64,000 bases of DNA from an uncultured Bacilli bacterium (GTDB lineage: Bacteria > Bacillota_I > Bacilli_A > RF39 > UBA660), in NCBI GenBank assembly GCA_934162265.1, contig CAKPHZ010000001.1:3547-67546 (forward strand), read 5' to 3'. Below, one piece after another: positions 32,034 to 41,403 of the stretch; the stretch's first letter is position 1, and every line of letters starts with the position of its first letter. The notes under the pieces were generated by a model. The model was not told the DNA's origin. It did no database searches and worked only from the letters and a program-made list of their open reading frames with translations. The position numbers were made by a program, and so were the translations under genes.

Positions 32034-34283
32034 TTATTTTGAAATAATATAAGGGTTTGCTGCCGTTCCATTTCCTTCGCTTATCAGAGAATCAGCATTC
32101 AGATTGATAACTGGGCGCACGCCGATCGAAGACGAAGGCCACCCCCAAGGAAAAAGCAGTCCAGAAGGATTGACGTAAGAGCCGAACGCAACGGCAGACC
32201 AGGTGAGGAAGCGCGAAGGCGAGCTAAGCCAATAGTAAGCTCCTGTATATAAATAATATTCTTTATTGTCATACCCTTGCTTTCCTCCGGCGTATGCTAC
32301 TTCATCTGCTGTTAATAATCCTACTGGATAGGTTAATTCTCCGTTACCTAATGTTGAAGTACTAGATACAGTAAATTGATCCACTTTTCTTGGACATTTA
32401 TAAGAAGGTGTTTTATTTGTTACATTTCTTTGATAAGAACCATAATAGGTAGTGCTATTTAAAGTAAAGCCATCTCCTGAAGCAATGCTTCTATCATTGC
32501 AAAATATATTATCAGTTAAATATTTTGAATATCCCTTATCCTGAATATTGGTTTTATACCAACTATCTATTTTTTGTTTAATAGCGCTATCATATTCATC
32601 TGTATAGGTGGATTCATAGCTTTTTGAAAGATAAGAATGATATGCTTTTACTTTTACTTGGCTTATATTTACGTAAGAAGCTATTTCTACTAATGTTGTA
32701 CAAGTTCCTGTTTTAGAGGTACTAAAACATGTGTATTTATAATTGCTACTATTACTTCCCCAAACACTTTCTAGTGTTCCACTTGTTATATTCCCCGATA
32801 ATGATAATTTTTTTGTTGAATCATTTGTCGTATAACTATCCGAAAAATAATAAGTATTATTGGCATTTATATTATTGTAATTTAAATTTGTTGCTGTTGT
32901 GTGTTGTAATGTTTTGGATAACCCATATTTATAACCTACCATCGCTGAATCATACGGGTCAGAATTAAAGGTTGAATTTCCGATGGTTACATTACCACCT
33001 GTATCTGATGTAGAAGTTCCAGAATATATCATTCTTATGCTCCCATCTCCGTTAATTCTAACAATTCTCCATATATATCCTGCAAATGATACATAATTAT
33101 TTAACACTCTACCTCTATAATAATAACTTTCTCCATAGTCATCATCTGCAACATATAAGGCACTACTAGATAAATTTACTATCTCTTTTGTTGAACTATA
33201 TTGATCTACTTTCGTTGCTTTATATGTTGTTGTCGTTCCTGATGTAGAAGTAGTCGCTGAGTAGATTACATACATTGTACTACAACTTCCAGTATCTGTT
33301 CTAACACAGGTGTAATACTTTTTATCACTTGTAGATAAATTATCTGTCATGTTTGTTCTAGTTGTATTAGAAATACTATATTGTCCTGTATTTGCATTGA
33401 ATGTATAATTTGTACCAAAATATATTTTATCTGTAGTACTTACTAAACTACTTCCTGTTAAATTAAAAGCATTTGTTTGTGTATATGTAATCATTGGAGA
33501 TGTTTCGTTAAAATTAGCTACTCTTGTTTTGATTTCTTCTTTTGCTTGTTCTACACTACTAGCATATTTGTCTGTTATTAATAAACAATCACTTAGTTTG
33601 GTGATATTATTATTTGTACAATAATCACTATCAAAATCACCAAATGTAGCTGTTGTTCCTGTTCCGTTGCTTGAATAAAATTCTACTAATCCTCCATATA
33701 CTCCTGTATCTGTTTTTATTTGATCTTTTCCATTTTCACTAATCCATAAAGCGATATAATATTCTTTTGTTTCATTTGGGGAAATTGAAAAGTTTTTTTC
33801 TAAATTAGATTTTTCCATACCATTTGTTTTATATTCACTTTTTCTAGTTGTTGCATTATCAAGTAATTCCCATTTTAAATTTTGATAAATGTTATTTGCT
33901 CCACTTGCAACAAGAGTGATGGAACCAGTTAACTTTAAGGTTGCTTTTCCGGTATTTTTAAGTGTTATTTTATAAACTTCACAGGAAACATTCTGATTAG
34001 AATCTACACAACTTCCAACCCCACCTGTTCCTTTTAAAGCATTTTTCAATGCATCATCCAACAGAGGAACTAACTTGGACGTCCCATTACTAGATGATGG
34101 AGTAACTTTATTTACTATTAAACTTACATTAGAAGTTGACATGTTTCCAGCAAATGTATTTGTATTTTTTCCTTCTGTATATAAATAAGCATATGTAGCA
34201 CTTGTCATTATTATAGTATAAATTATTATGCTAAAAGTGAATATTAAAATCTTTCTTTTCGATATTTTTTTTAAACTTCTCAT
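32034..34283 (-). CDS. DGR target (variable) protein: signal-anchored, Ser/Thr/Asn-rich surface protein with a C-terminal VR-encoded ligand-binding region (probable C-type-lectin/FGE-like fold)
   Basis: 749 aa. The N-terminus has a signal or transmembrane anchor (MRSLKKISKRKILIFTFSIIIYTIIMTSATYA), and the protein has many N-x-S/T sites. The C-terminus ...SSPSRFLTWSAVAFGSYVNPSGLLFPWGWPSSSIGVRPV is encoded by the VR, followed by 26 further residues. Confidence 0.8.
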   Translation of the reverse strand: MRSLKKISKRKILIFTFSIIIYTIIMTSATYAYLYTEGKNTNTFAGNMSTSNVSLIVNKVTPSSSNGTSKLVPLLDDALKNALKGTGGVGSCVDSNQNVSCEVYKITLKNTGKATLKLTGSITLVASGANNIYQNLKWELLDNATTRKSEYKTNGMEKSNLEKNFSISPNETKEYYIALWISENGKDQIKTDTGVYGGLVEFYSSNGTGTTATFGDFDSDYCTNNNITKLSDCLLITDKYASSVEQAKEEIKTRVANFNETSPMITYTQTNAFNLTGSSLVSTTDKIYFGTNYTFNANTGQYSISNTTRTNMTDNLSTSDKKYYTCVRTDTGSCSTMYVIYSATTSTSGTTTTYKATKVDQYSSTKEIVNLSSSALYVADDDYGESYYYRGRVLNNYVSFAGYIWRIVRINGDGSIRMIYSGTSTSDTGGNVTIGNSTFNSDPYDSAMVGYKYGLSKTLQHTTATNLNYNNINANNTYYFSDSYTTNDSTKKLSLSGNITSGTLESVWGSNSSNYKYTCFSTSKTGTCTTLVEIASYVNISQVKVKAYHSYLSKSYESTYTDEYDSAIKQKIDSWYKTNIQDKGYSKYLTDNIFCNDRSIASGDGFTLNSTTYYGSYQRNVTNKTPSYKCPRKVDQFTVSSTSTLGNGELTYPVGLLTADEVAYAGGKQGYDNKEYYLYTGAYYWLSSPSRFLTWSAVAFGSYVNPSGLLFPWGWPSSSIGVRPVINLNADSLISEGNGTAANPYIISK
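32111..32227 (-). repeat. DGR variable repeat (VR), 117 bp, at the 3' end of the target gene
   Basis: Reverse complement of the TR, with 18 substitutions located exclusively at TR adenine positions. It encodes residues SSPSRFLTWSAVAFGSYVNPSGLLFPWGWPSSSIGVRP. Relative to the TR there are 13 changed codons (for example N to R/L/S/F/Y, H to P, T to P). Confidence 0.88.
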
Positions 34284-34610
34284 CCTTTTACCTTCTTTTC
34301 TAAAGATGGGATTTCGAATAGTTACATCAATTTATATCACCATGTTCAATCAAATTCCTTACTACCATCTTACTATCTATTTTTATTCTACTATAAATTA
34401 GATAAAATGAAAAGATGTAACTCTAAATAACTTCAAAAATTCACTTCGGGCTATTGATCTCAAAAAGCACACATTTAAACCACCAGTAAACTCCTTATCA
34501 TTTAATTTACCAAACTACTCGAATGCAAATTTTTAGAAAAATTATTTGCTTTTTATTTTAGAATATTCATTGGCTGTTTAGAATTTTTCTAAATGGTCAC
34601 TACTACCAAA

Positions 34611-34638
34611 ACCAGTCTTATCAATTGATAAGACTGGT
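34611..34638. terminator. 28-bp perfect palindrome, a likely bidirectional terminator downstream of rpmF
   Basis: accagtcttatcaa / ttgataagactggt, flanked by T-runs on both strands. Confidence 0.55.
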
Positions 34639-34675
34639 TATTTTTTGATAATAAAAAAGCCCTTAAAGATAGGAC

Positions 34676-34849
34676 TTACTTTGAAACTACTTGTTCTCCC
34701 TTATAAAATCCGCATTTTGGACATACTCTGTGAGGACGAATCATTTCGCCACAATTTGAGCATTTTACTAATCCATTAGCTACTACTTTATAATGAGTTC
34801 TTCTCATATCTCTTCTAGTTTTACTTACTTTTCTAAATGGAACTGCCAT
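34676..34849 (-). CDS. rpmF: 50S ribosomal protein L32
   Basis: [21 protein letters not shown]... with a CxxC...CxxC zinc ribbon. The start is set at MAVPF; the track ORF begins at an upstream Met. Confidence 0.9.
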   Translation of the reverse strand: MAVPFRKVSKTRRDMRRTHYKVVANGLVKCSNCGEMIRPHRVCPKCGFYKGEQVVSK

Positions 34850-34853
34850 GTTC

Positions 34854-35354
34854 TCACTCCTTCCTTGAATCAAATATTTTACTTAACTCACTAAATGGAG
34901 AATTATTACCTTCTTTTAGTTCTTCTTCTGTAACAAGACGCCATCCATCTCCCTTTAATGTTAAATTTTCTGTCTTTTCAGATTTCACTTTTAAAGGAAT
35001 TTCCACTAATATATTTTGCCATAAAAAGTCTTGAATATCAAGTCTATTTCGAACAATTTCTAAATTATTTTCATCATTTTTTCCTACTCCACAAAACTTT
35101 TCTGAAACATTACTTTCAAATGGATAATCAACATCTTCTAGGGTAATATCATCTGGTAAAACCATAATTCCTGATATTTTCCCTTCTATTTCATAATTTC
35201 CATCACATAATTTTGTAATTGTTCCCTCAAATTTTGTGTTTTTTAGCGAGCGAATTGTTGTTTTTGAAAATAATTCTTTATCTAATTCAAATGAATCATT
35301 TATAGTGATTTCTTCTTCTATATTGGTAATTAGTTTTGTTAAATCAATATTCAT
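34854..35354 (-). CDS. yceD: YceD/DUF177 family protein (large ribosomal subunit accumulation protein)
   Basis: 166 aa, immediately upstream of rpmF as in the conserved yceD-rpmF pair. Acidic protein with a CxxC motif. Confidence 0.7.
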   Translation of the reverse strand: MNIDLTKLITNIEEEITINDSFELDKELFSKTTIRSLKNTKFEGTITKLCDGNYEIEGKISGIMVLPDDITLEDVDYPFESNVSEKFCGVGKNDENNLEIVRNRLDIQDFLWQNILVEIPLKVKSEKTENLTLKGDGWRLVTEEELKEGNNSPFSELSKIFDSRKE

Positions 35355-35386
35355 CTTTCTCTCCTGTAAAGAAAAAAAGGATTTCC

Positions 35387-35944
35387 TTATTTTCTTGATA
35401 CGTATTTACCATCTTTGGTAGATACAATTATTTCTTCTCCTTCATCAATAAACAAAGGTACACGTACTAATAATCCAGTTTCAATAATCGCATCTTTTGT
35501 TGCATTAGTTGCTGTATTTCCTTTGATTGCTGGTTCAGTAGATGTAATTTTGTAGTCAATTTTTTCTGGTAGCTCTAATCCTAACATTTCGTTTTCATAG
35601 AAAGTAATATAAACATTTAAACCTTCTTTTAAGAATTTTACTTGATCCTTAATTTGACTTTCATCTAGTTCAATTTGTTCATATGTTTCCATATTCATGA
35701 AACTATAGCTACTACCTGTTGCATACAAATATTGCATTTGTTGCTTATTGATGTGAGCTTTTGGAACTGTTATTCCAGCATTAAATGTCTGCATAGCAAT
35801 TGCACCAGTTCTCAAATTTTTTAATTTGGCTTTAACAATTGCTGCTCCTTTACCAGGTTTTACATGATCAGACTCTAATACTTGATAGATATTTCCATCA
35901 TAACTAATGGTTACCCCATTCTTAAAATCATTTACGTTAATCAT
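35387..35944 (-). CDS. efp: Elongation factor P
   Basis: N-terminal segment NDFKNGVTISYDGNIYQVLESDHVKPGKGAAIVKAKLKNLRTG; 185 aa. Confidence 0.9.
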   Translation of the reverse strand: MINVNDFKNGVTISYDGNIYQVLESDHVKPGKGAAIVKAKLKNLRTGAIAMQTFNAGITVPKAHINKQQMQYLYATGSSYSFMNMETYEQIELDESQIKDQVKFLKEGLNVYITFYENEMLGLELPEKIDYKITSTEPAIKGNTATNATKDAIIETGLLVRVPLFIDEGEEIIVSTKDGKYVSRK

Positions 35945-35960
35945 TTTACTTCCCCTTTAA

Positions 35961-36131
35961 CTATTTTGTTTTTGTTTCTTTAAACTCACATACTTTACGG
36001 CAATTACTACAATACTTGTTTAAGCTTAATTTTTCTTTTGTATTATCACTGTTCTTTGGAGTTCTATAAGTAACTTTCTTACATTCTTGACAAGTTAATG
36101 TTACTAAAGTTCTACTATCTTTCTTAGCCAT
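35961..36131 (-). CDS. rpmG: 50S ribosomal protein L33
   Basis: My own translation of the minus strand gives MAKKDSRTLVTLTCQECKKVTYRTPKNSDNTKEKLSLNKYCSNCRKVCEFKETKTK, with the zinc ribbon CQEC...CSNC. It is below the ORF-track length cutoff. Confidence 0.8.
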   Translation of the reverse strand: MAKKDSRTLVTLTCQECKKVTYRTPKNSDNTKEKLSLNKYCSNCRKVCEFKETKTK

Positions 36132-36171
36132 AATGCACCTCCTTTTAAAGCACTAGATGTATTATACCACA

Positions 36172-38415
36172 TCATTTATAAATTTCAAAGTATTTATTAA
36201 CAATTTCTGAGGATAATCTCTTGTTAATACCGCTTGTTGTCTCTGCACTAGCGTCTGCTACGTCAGGACTAATTACAACAATACTCATTCTCGGATCATC
36301 ATATGGAGCATAGCCAACGAAGCTTGTGGTGATGGTTTCTGTATCAACCACTCCATCTTTATTAGTATCTATAAAACTTTGACTAGTTCCTGTTTTCCCT
36401 GCACCAATGGATTGATATGAACCCATATATTGTGTTCCTAATCCATAACTAACTACAGCTCTAAATCCTTCTTTGACACGATTTAAGTATTTTTCTTCAA
36501 CATCTACTTTTCCTAATTCTTTTGCACTAGCTTCATAAATTTTTGTCCCAAAACCATCTTTATTTTCTTTTGATGATTCATAAACTTCTTTTAATAGATA
36601 AGGTTGTAATCTAGAGCCACCATTAGCAATGGTATTGATATATTGAGAAATTTGAATTGGGGTATAGGTATCATATTGTCCTATTGAAAAGTCTAATAAA
36701 TGTCCTGGTAAAGTAGATTTTCCAGAATATCCATGTCCCTCTGATGGTAAGTCTATTCCTGTTTTTACGCCTAAACCAAAGGAAGAATACATTTGCCTAT
36801 ATTTATCAAAGGCAGATTTATCTAGGGCTAATGGTTGATCGTAGCGATAATTTCCATTTCCTACAGCAATAGCTATTTTATATTGATAAACATTAGAAGA
36901 ATATGCTAGAGCATTGATATCGTTGATATATCCTAATGTTCTCCATGAACATTTTTCTGGAGTACTTCTGATTTTGATACATTCATCCATCTGATACTGA
37001 CCAATATTAATAGCTCCATATTTGTATCCTACTAGCATAGAAGCACCTTTTACGATTGATCCTGGAGTTACTGAAGTAGTAATTACCCCTGGAGTATAAT
37101 CAGTTACTTTATATTGTCCATTTTCCTTTTTGACTTGTTTTCCTGCCATTGCTAATATTTCTCCTGTTTTAGGATTGGCAACAACAGCAAAGCTATGGTC
37201 ATAATATGCTGTATGTGCTTCTGATTTGGTCGATAAGACTTCATTAGCTAATTGTTCTTCTAAATATTTTTGAAGATCAATATCGATGGTTAAGACAATA
37301 TCATTTCCTCTTTTTCCTGCATCGATTAGTTCATAATTATTTCCATTTGTTACTTTATATTTTGCTTTTGTTCCTTTTAAGTATTTTTCGTATTGAAACT
37401 CTAAATAACTGATTCCAACTCGATCGTTCATGCTATATCCTTCTTTTAAATACTCTTCTACTAATTCAGAAGGAATTCCTTGGGTAGAACTAGAAACATT
37501 TCCTAAAACAGATTTAAATACGTCTCCATAAGGATAAGTTCTTTCCCAGTCCAACTTAGTATTTACTCCCTTTAGCGTATCGATATTTTCACTGACAAAA
37601 GCATATTCATCATCAGTTACCCCACTATTTTTAATGATTTTTTCTGCATAAGAATAACCTTTATTCATTAAATAATAAATATATGCTGTTTTTTTATCGA
37701 TTTCGTTATATTCTGCTAAATCTTCAGCAGTAATTCTTTCATAAATTAAATCTTCTAAATCATCATCATCTAATTTTCTTTCGTTATATTTTTCTCTTTC
37801 TTCCTTGGTAATTTTTGCTGCTGCTTCTTTTTCATGGTTCTTATACCAAAAAGTTTTTAACATTTTTTCACTTAATTTACTATAATCAAGATCAATCTTT
37901 TCGGCTAAGATTCTAGCTAATTTGATCTCTTCTTTACTGCTTACGCCACTTTCTTTTTTGTAATAAATTGTTTTTACTGCTTCATTATCTACTAATAATT
38001 TATAATTTCTATCATATATTCTTCCTCTTGGTGTAGATTCTCCCTCTACTACTTTTTCGGTTGCCGCAACTAATTTTTCTTCATAGCTATCAGCTTCTAA
38101 TACTTGTAATTGAAATAATCTTACTGTGATTGCACTGAAGACAATAGTGGTTAAAACAAGAAGAAATAAATAGCGTTTTTCGATTATATCTGGTAAGTAT
38201 CTTCCTGATGAAGAACTTGATTTTTGATTATTGCTATATGGTCTTAAATTATTTCTTTTGGTAACTTGTTTTACTTTTGCTACTTTATTAATTGGTTTTT
38301 TATGTGTAAAACTTTGTTCTTTATGAGAAGTGAATTTCGTTTTTTTAACCTTATTAATTGGCTTATTTTTATCGAAAAAATTAGATCCTTTTAATTTTAT
38401 TTTTTTCTTTGCCAT
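36172..38415 (-). CDS. Class B penicillin-binding protein (transpeptidase)
   Basis: N-terminal Lys-rich cytoplasmic tail plus one transmembrane helix, then a PBP dimerisation region. Transpeptidase motifs SIVK, SSN and KTGT are present. Confidence 0.8.
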   Translation of the reverse strand: MAKKKIKLKGSNFFDKNKPINKVKKTKFTSHKEQSFTHKKPINKVAKVKQVTKRNNLRPYSNNQKSSSSSGRYLPDIIEKRYLFLLVLTTIVFSAITVRLFQLQVLEADSYEEKLVAATEKVVEGESTPRGRIYDRNYKLLVDNEAVKTIYYKKESGVSSKEEIKLARILAEKIDLDYSKLSEKMLKTFWYKNHEKEAAAKITKEEREKYNERKLDDDDLEDLIYERITAEDLAEYNEIDKKTAYIYYLMNKGYSYAEKIIKNSGVTDDEYAFVSENIDTLKGVNTKLDWERTYPYGDVFKSVLGNVSSSTQGIPSELVEEYLKEGYSMNDRVGISYLEFQYEKYLKGTKAKYKVTNGNNYELIDAGKRGNDIVLTIDIDLQKYLEEQLANEVLSTKSEAHTAYYDHSFAVVANPKTGEILAMAGKQVKKENGQYKVTDYTPGVITTSVTPGSIVKGASMLVGYKYGAINIGQYQMDECIKIRSTPEKCSWRTLGYINDINALAYSSNVYQYKIAIAVGNGNYRYDQPLALDKSAFDKYRQMYSSFGLGVKTGIDLPSEGHGYSGKSTLPGHLLDFSIGQYDTYTPIQISQYINTIANGGSRLQPYLLKEVYESSKENKDGFGTKIYEASAKELGKVDVEEKYLNRVKEGFRAVVSYGLGTQYMGSYQSIGAGKTGTSQSFIDTNKDGVVDTETITTSFVGYAPYDDPRMSIVVISPDVADASAETTSGINKRLSSEIVNKYFEIYK

Positions 38416-38555
38416 AGTTTTTCCTCCTCACATATCAGTATCATTATAGCAGAAATGTGTATCATTTGAAATAGATTTTTGTCATTAAAAATAATTATTT
38501 TAAAAAAAATACTTCTATTTTTTCTTCTTTTTGTAAAGTATTTACATATAATAAA

Positions 38556-38834
38556 GTGGTGGTGCTGATGAATCAATTTTTTATTCTTAATTATATTAAG
38601 AAATTAACTAAAAATGATATTGTTAATTTTGCTAATAAGCAAAATATTTCTCTTCGTGATGATGAAATTGATGTTATTTATTCTTATATTAAAACAAGAT
38701 ATTCAGATTTTTTTGCTGGTAGAGAGAAAGAATTACTGTTAGAGATTAAAGAGCAAGTTTCCTCTTCTACTTATTTAAAAATCTTGGAGTATTATCAATT
38801 ATATTTAGAGAAAGTGAAAAATAAGAAACTATAG
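38556..38834 (+). CDS. Hypothetical small protein, 92 aa
   Basis: Isolated ORF in the gap between convergent genes; no recognisable domain. Confidence 0.3.
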   Translation: MVVLMNQFFILNYIKKLTKNDIVNFANKQNISLRDDEIDVIYSYIKTRYSDFFAGREKELLLEIKEQVSSSTYLKILEYYQLYLEKVKNKKL

Positions 38835-38862
38835 ATAAAATCTAGAAAGTTTCTTATTTTTG

Positions 38863-39786
38863 TTATATTTTTAAGTATTTTTTTACCGCTCTCCATGAAC
38901 CAAACATTCCTACTAATATTCCAATTATCATTAATAGTAATGATGCTAAGTAGACAAATGGTGTTGGTGAGATTAATTTTGCTAGAGATGAAGAGAATAG
39001 TTTTCCGTGGAAGAAGTTATATAGAGATGTATATCCATAAATAGTAATAATGATAGGAATGATAGAACCTAATAGTCCTAAGAATAGTCCTTCAATTACA
39101 AATGGGATTTTTATGGAAATATTTGAGGCTCCTACTAATCTCATGATTTCGATTTCTCTTTTTCTAGCATAGATTGCTAATTTAATGGTGTTTGCAATTA
39201 GAAATGCTGTTACGACAATTAAAGCTACTACTGCTCCAATAGATACTTTTTTGACAACATCAAAAATGGTAATTAATTGATCTACCATATCTTCTCCATA
39301 GCTGACTGTATTTACTTTATCTACTGCTTTTATTGTTTTAGCAGTTTCTTTGATTTTTTCTACATCTTTTACTTTTAATTCAAAACTATCTAATAGTGGA
39401 TTAGTATCATCTGTCCAACTATTAATAATTGTTTCAAAAACTTCATTTCCTTTGGCAGTTTCTTCTGCTGATTGTTGTTTCGTTTTAAAAGTTAATTTTT
39501 CTACGTTACCTGTTCCTCTGATTGCTTTTTCTATTCTGGCATAATCTGATTTTCCTGCATCTTTATTTAAAAAGATTACCATGGTAACATCTTTTCGAAT
39601 GGATTCGGTGAAGTTTTCTACGTTATAAGAAATTACTAAGGAAAAAGCAACTACTATTAATGTAATCGCAATACAAGAGATAGAGGCTAAGGATAATGAA
39701 AAATTTCTAATTACACTTTTGAAAGCATCTCTGATATATCTTTGAATTGTTCTAATACCTCTCATTATAATATGTTCCTTTCTCAT
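38863..39786 (-). CDS. ftsX: Cell division ABC transporter permease FtsX
   Basis: FtsX topology (transmembrane helix, extracellular domain, three transmembrane helices). It overlaps the 3' end of ftsE. The start may be the internal Met (MRGIRTIQ) at about 39765. Confidence 0.8.
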   Translation of the reverse strand: MRKEHIIMRGIRTIQRYIRDAFKSVIRNFSLSLASISCIAITLIVVAFSLVISYNVENFTESIRKDVTMVIFLNKDAGKSDYARIEKAIRGTGNVEKLTFKTKQQSAEETAKGNEVFETIINSWTDDTNPLLDSFELKVKDVEKIKETAKTIKAVDKVNTVSYGEDMVDQLITIFDVVKKVSIGAVVALIVVTAFLIANTIKLAIYARKREIEIMRLVGASNISIKIPFVIEGLFLGLLGSIIPIIITIYGYTSLYNFFHGKLFSSSLAKLISPTPFVYLASLLLMIIGILVGMFGSWRAVKKYLKI

Positions 39787-40447
39787 AGTCTTTCTTTAAT
39801 CTTCCTGATTCGATTAAGATTACTCTTTTTTTCATTTTATCGACGATTTCTCTATCATGTGTTGCCATAATAATTGTTGTTCCTAAATTATTGATATTTT
39901 CTAATACCCTCATAATTTCCATAGAAGTATCTGGATCAAGGTTTCCTGTTGGTTCATCACAAATTAATAATTTTGGTTTATTGACAATTGCTCTTGCAAT
40001 AACTACTCTTTGTTGTTCTCCTCCTGATAGTTGATCAGGATATTGTCTTACTTTATTTTTTAATCCAACTAAATCAAGAACTTCTAATACTCTTTTTTGA
40101 ATTTCTCCTTTTTCATAGCCAAATACTTCCATTGCAAAAGCAACATTTTCAAATACAGTAAGCTTAGGAAGTAATTTAAAGTCTTGGAATACAACCCCAA
40201 GTTTTCTTCTTAAGATATATACTTTTCTATTTTTTAGTTTAGCAACATTAATTCCTCCAATAAAAATAGAACCTTTATCTGGTCTTTCTTCACGATATAA
40301 CATTTTAATTAAAGTTGATTTTCCTGAACCACTTGCTCCAATAACGAAGACAAATTCACCTTTTTGAATACTTAGATTAAAATCATACAGTGCTACAACA
40401 CCATTTTTATATGTTTTTTGGACGTTATCTACCCTGATTAATTCCAT
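39752..40447 (-). CDS. ftsE: Cell division ATP-binding protein FtsE
   Basis: Walker A motif GASGSGKST, ABC signature LSGGEQQR and Walker B motif LLICDEPT. Confidence 0.9.
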   Translation of the reverse strand: MELIRVDNVQKTYKNGVVALYDFNLSIQKGEFVFVIGASGSGKSTLIKMLYREERPDKGSIFIGGINVAKLKNRKVYILRRKLGVVFQDFKLLPKLTVFENVAFAMEVFGYEKGEIQKRVLEVLDLVGLKNKVRQYPDQLSGGEQQRVVIARAIVNKPKLLICDEPTGNLDPDTSMEIMRVLENINNLGTTIIMATHDREIVDKMKKRVILIESGRLKKDYEKGTYYNERY

Positions 40448-40524
40448 TTTACCACCTTTTTCTATTTTTTATTATATCATAGTTATTGTTTTTAGGTTTG
40501 TCTTTTCTGTACTTTTTTTGCTTT

Positions 40525-41403
40525 TTACACTCCACCGTAAATTTCGTAAGTATCTGTAATTAGAAAAAATACTTCTTTATCTATTTTTTGTACAACATCT
40601 TTTAATTCATAATAATTTCTAGTAGGAACAGCGCACATTAATATTTTCTTTTCTTGATTACTATATCCTCCTACTGCATTAAAAGCAGTTACTCCATAAC
40701 CAAAATTTTCAACAATATACTGACTGATTTCTTTTTCTTTTTCTGTGATAATATAAAATGTTTTGGTAACAGAAGACTCTAACATTACTTTATCTGTTAC
40801 AACAGAAGAAATGTATAATCCAATTATCGCATACAAAGCACTAGAGAATCCAAAAATTATTCCACTGAAGAAGACTAATATTCCATTTACTAAAAGAGTT
40901 GATTTTCCAATAGACATTCCAAAATATTTATAGAATATTTGATAAATGGTTTGAAAACCACCTACTGAAAATCCACTTCTAATAATCATTCCATTTCCTA
41001 ATCCCATAATTATTCCACCGAAGAAAATCGTTAAGAATAACGAAGAGATTTCTAGGTGAAACATGATTTGAAAGATGCTCGTAAATTCTAAAAATATTGG
41101 TAATAAGATAACGCCAAAGATTGTTTTAATGGTATTTTCTTTTCCAAGTAAAAAATAACCAATAACTAGTAGTGTAAAAGATACTATAAATACAAAAATA
41201 CTGGTATCTATTTTTAGAAAATTATCAACTAATAAAGAAAGACCAGCTGTTCCTCCTGTTACAATATTTTGTGGGGAAAAGAATACGCTAAAAGCTGTAG
41301 CATAAGCAAAAACGCCCCAGATAAAAATAGCTATTCTTTCACTGCGATTTCTAGTTGTAAGATTATTAATAATTTCATCGATTCTTGTATCTCTTTTTTC
41401 CAT
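40525..41403 (-). CDS. YitT family membrane protein (DUF161/DUF2179)
   Basis: Polytopic membrane protein with the GGT(A/D) motif and a C-terminal DUF2179-like domain. It is a tandem paralog of the next gene. Confidence 0.65.
   Translation of the reverse strand: MEKRDTRIDEIINNLTTRNRSERIAIFIWGVFAYATAFSVFFSPQNIVTGGTAGLSLLVDNFLKIDTSIFVFIVSFTLLVIGYFLLGKENTIKTIFGVILLPIFLEFTSIFQIMFHLEISSLFLTIFFGGIIMGLGNGMIIRSGFSVGGFQTIYQIFYKYFGMSIGKSTLLVNGILVFFSGIIFGFSSALYAIIGLYISSVVTDKVMLESSVTKTFYIITEKEKEISQYIVENFGYGVTAFNAVGGYSNQEKKILMCAVPTRNYYELKDVVQKIDKEVFFLITDTYEIYGGV

Larger units (their letters stand above)
29680..34283. mobile_element. Diversity-generating retroelement (DGR) cassette: TR, MutS-I-like accessory, avd, RT, and a convergent target gene with a 3' VR
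   Basis: The TR/VR pair differs by adenine-specific substitutions only, the RT has DGR-type motifs, and the avd-like gene has the expected size. See the component features. Confidence 0.9.

Noticed and set aside
32034-32110. I searched for a GC-rich hairpin or cruciform immediately downstream of the VR IMH, as in the Bordetella phage DGR.
   Set aside because: Only weak 4-bp AT-rich palindromes are present (gaat gctg attc). There is no convincing structure, so I do not report it as a feature.
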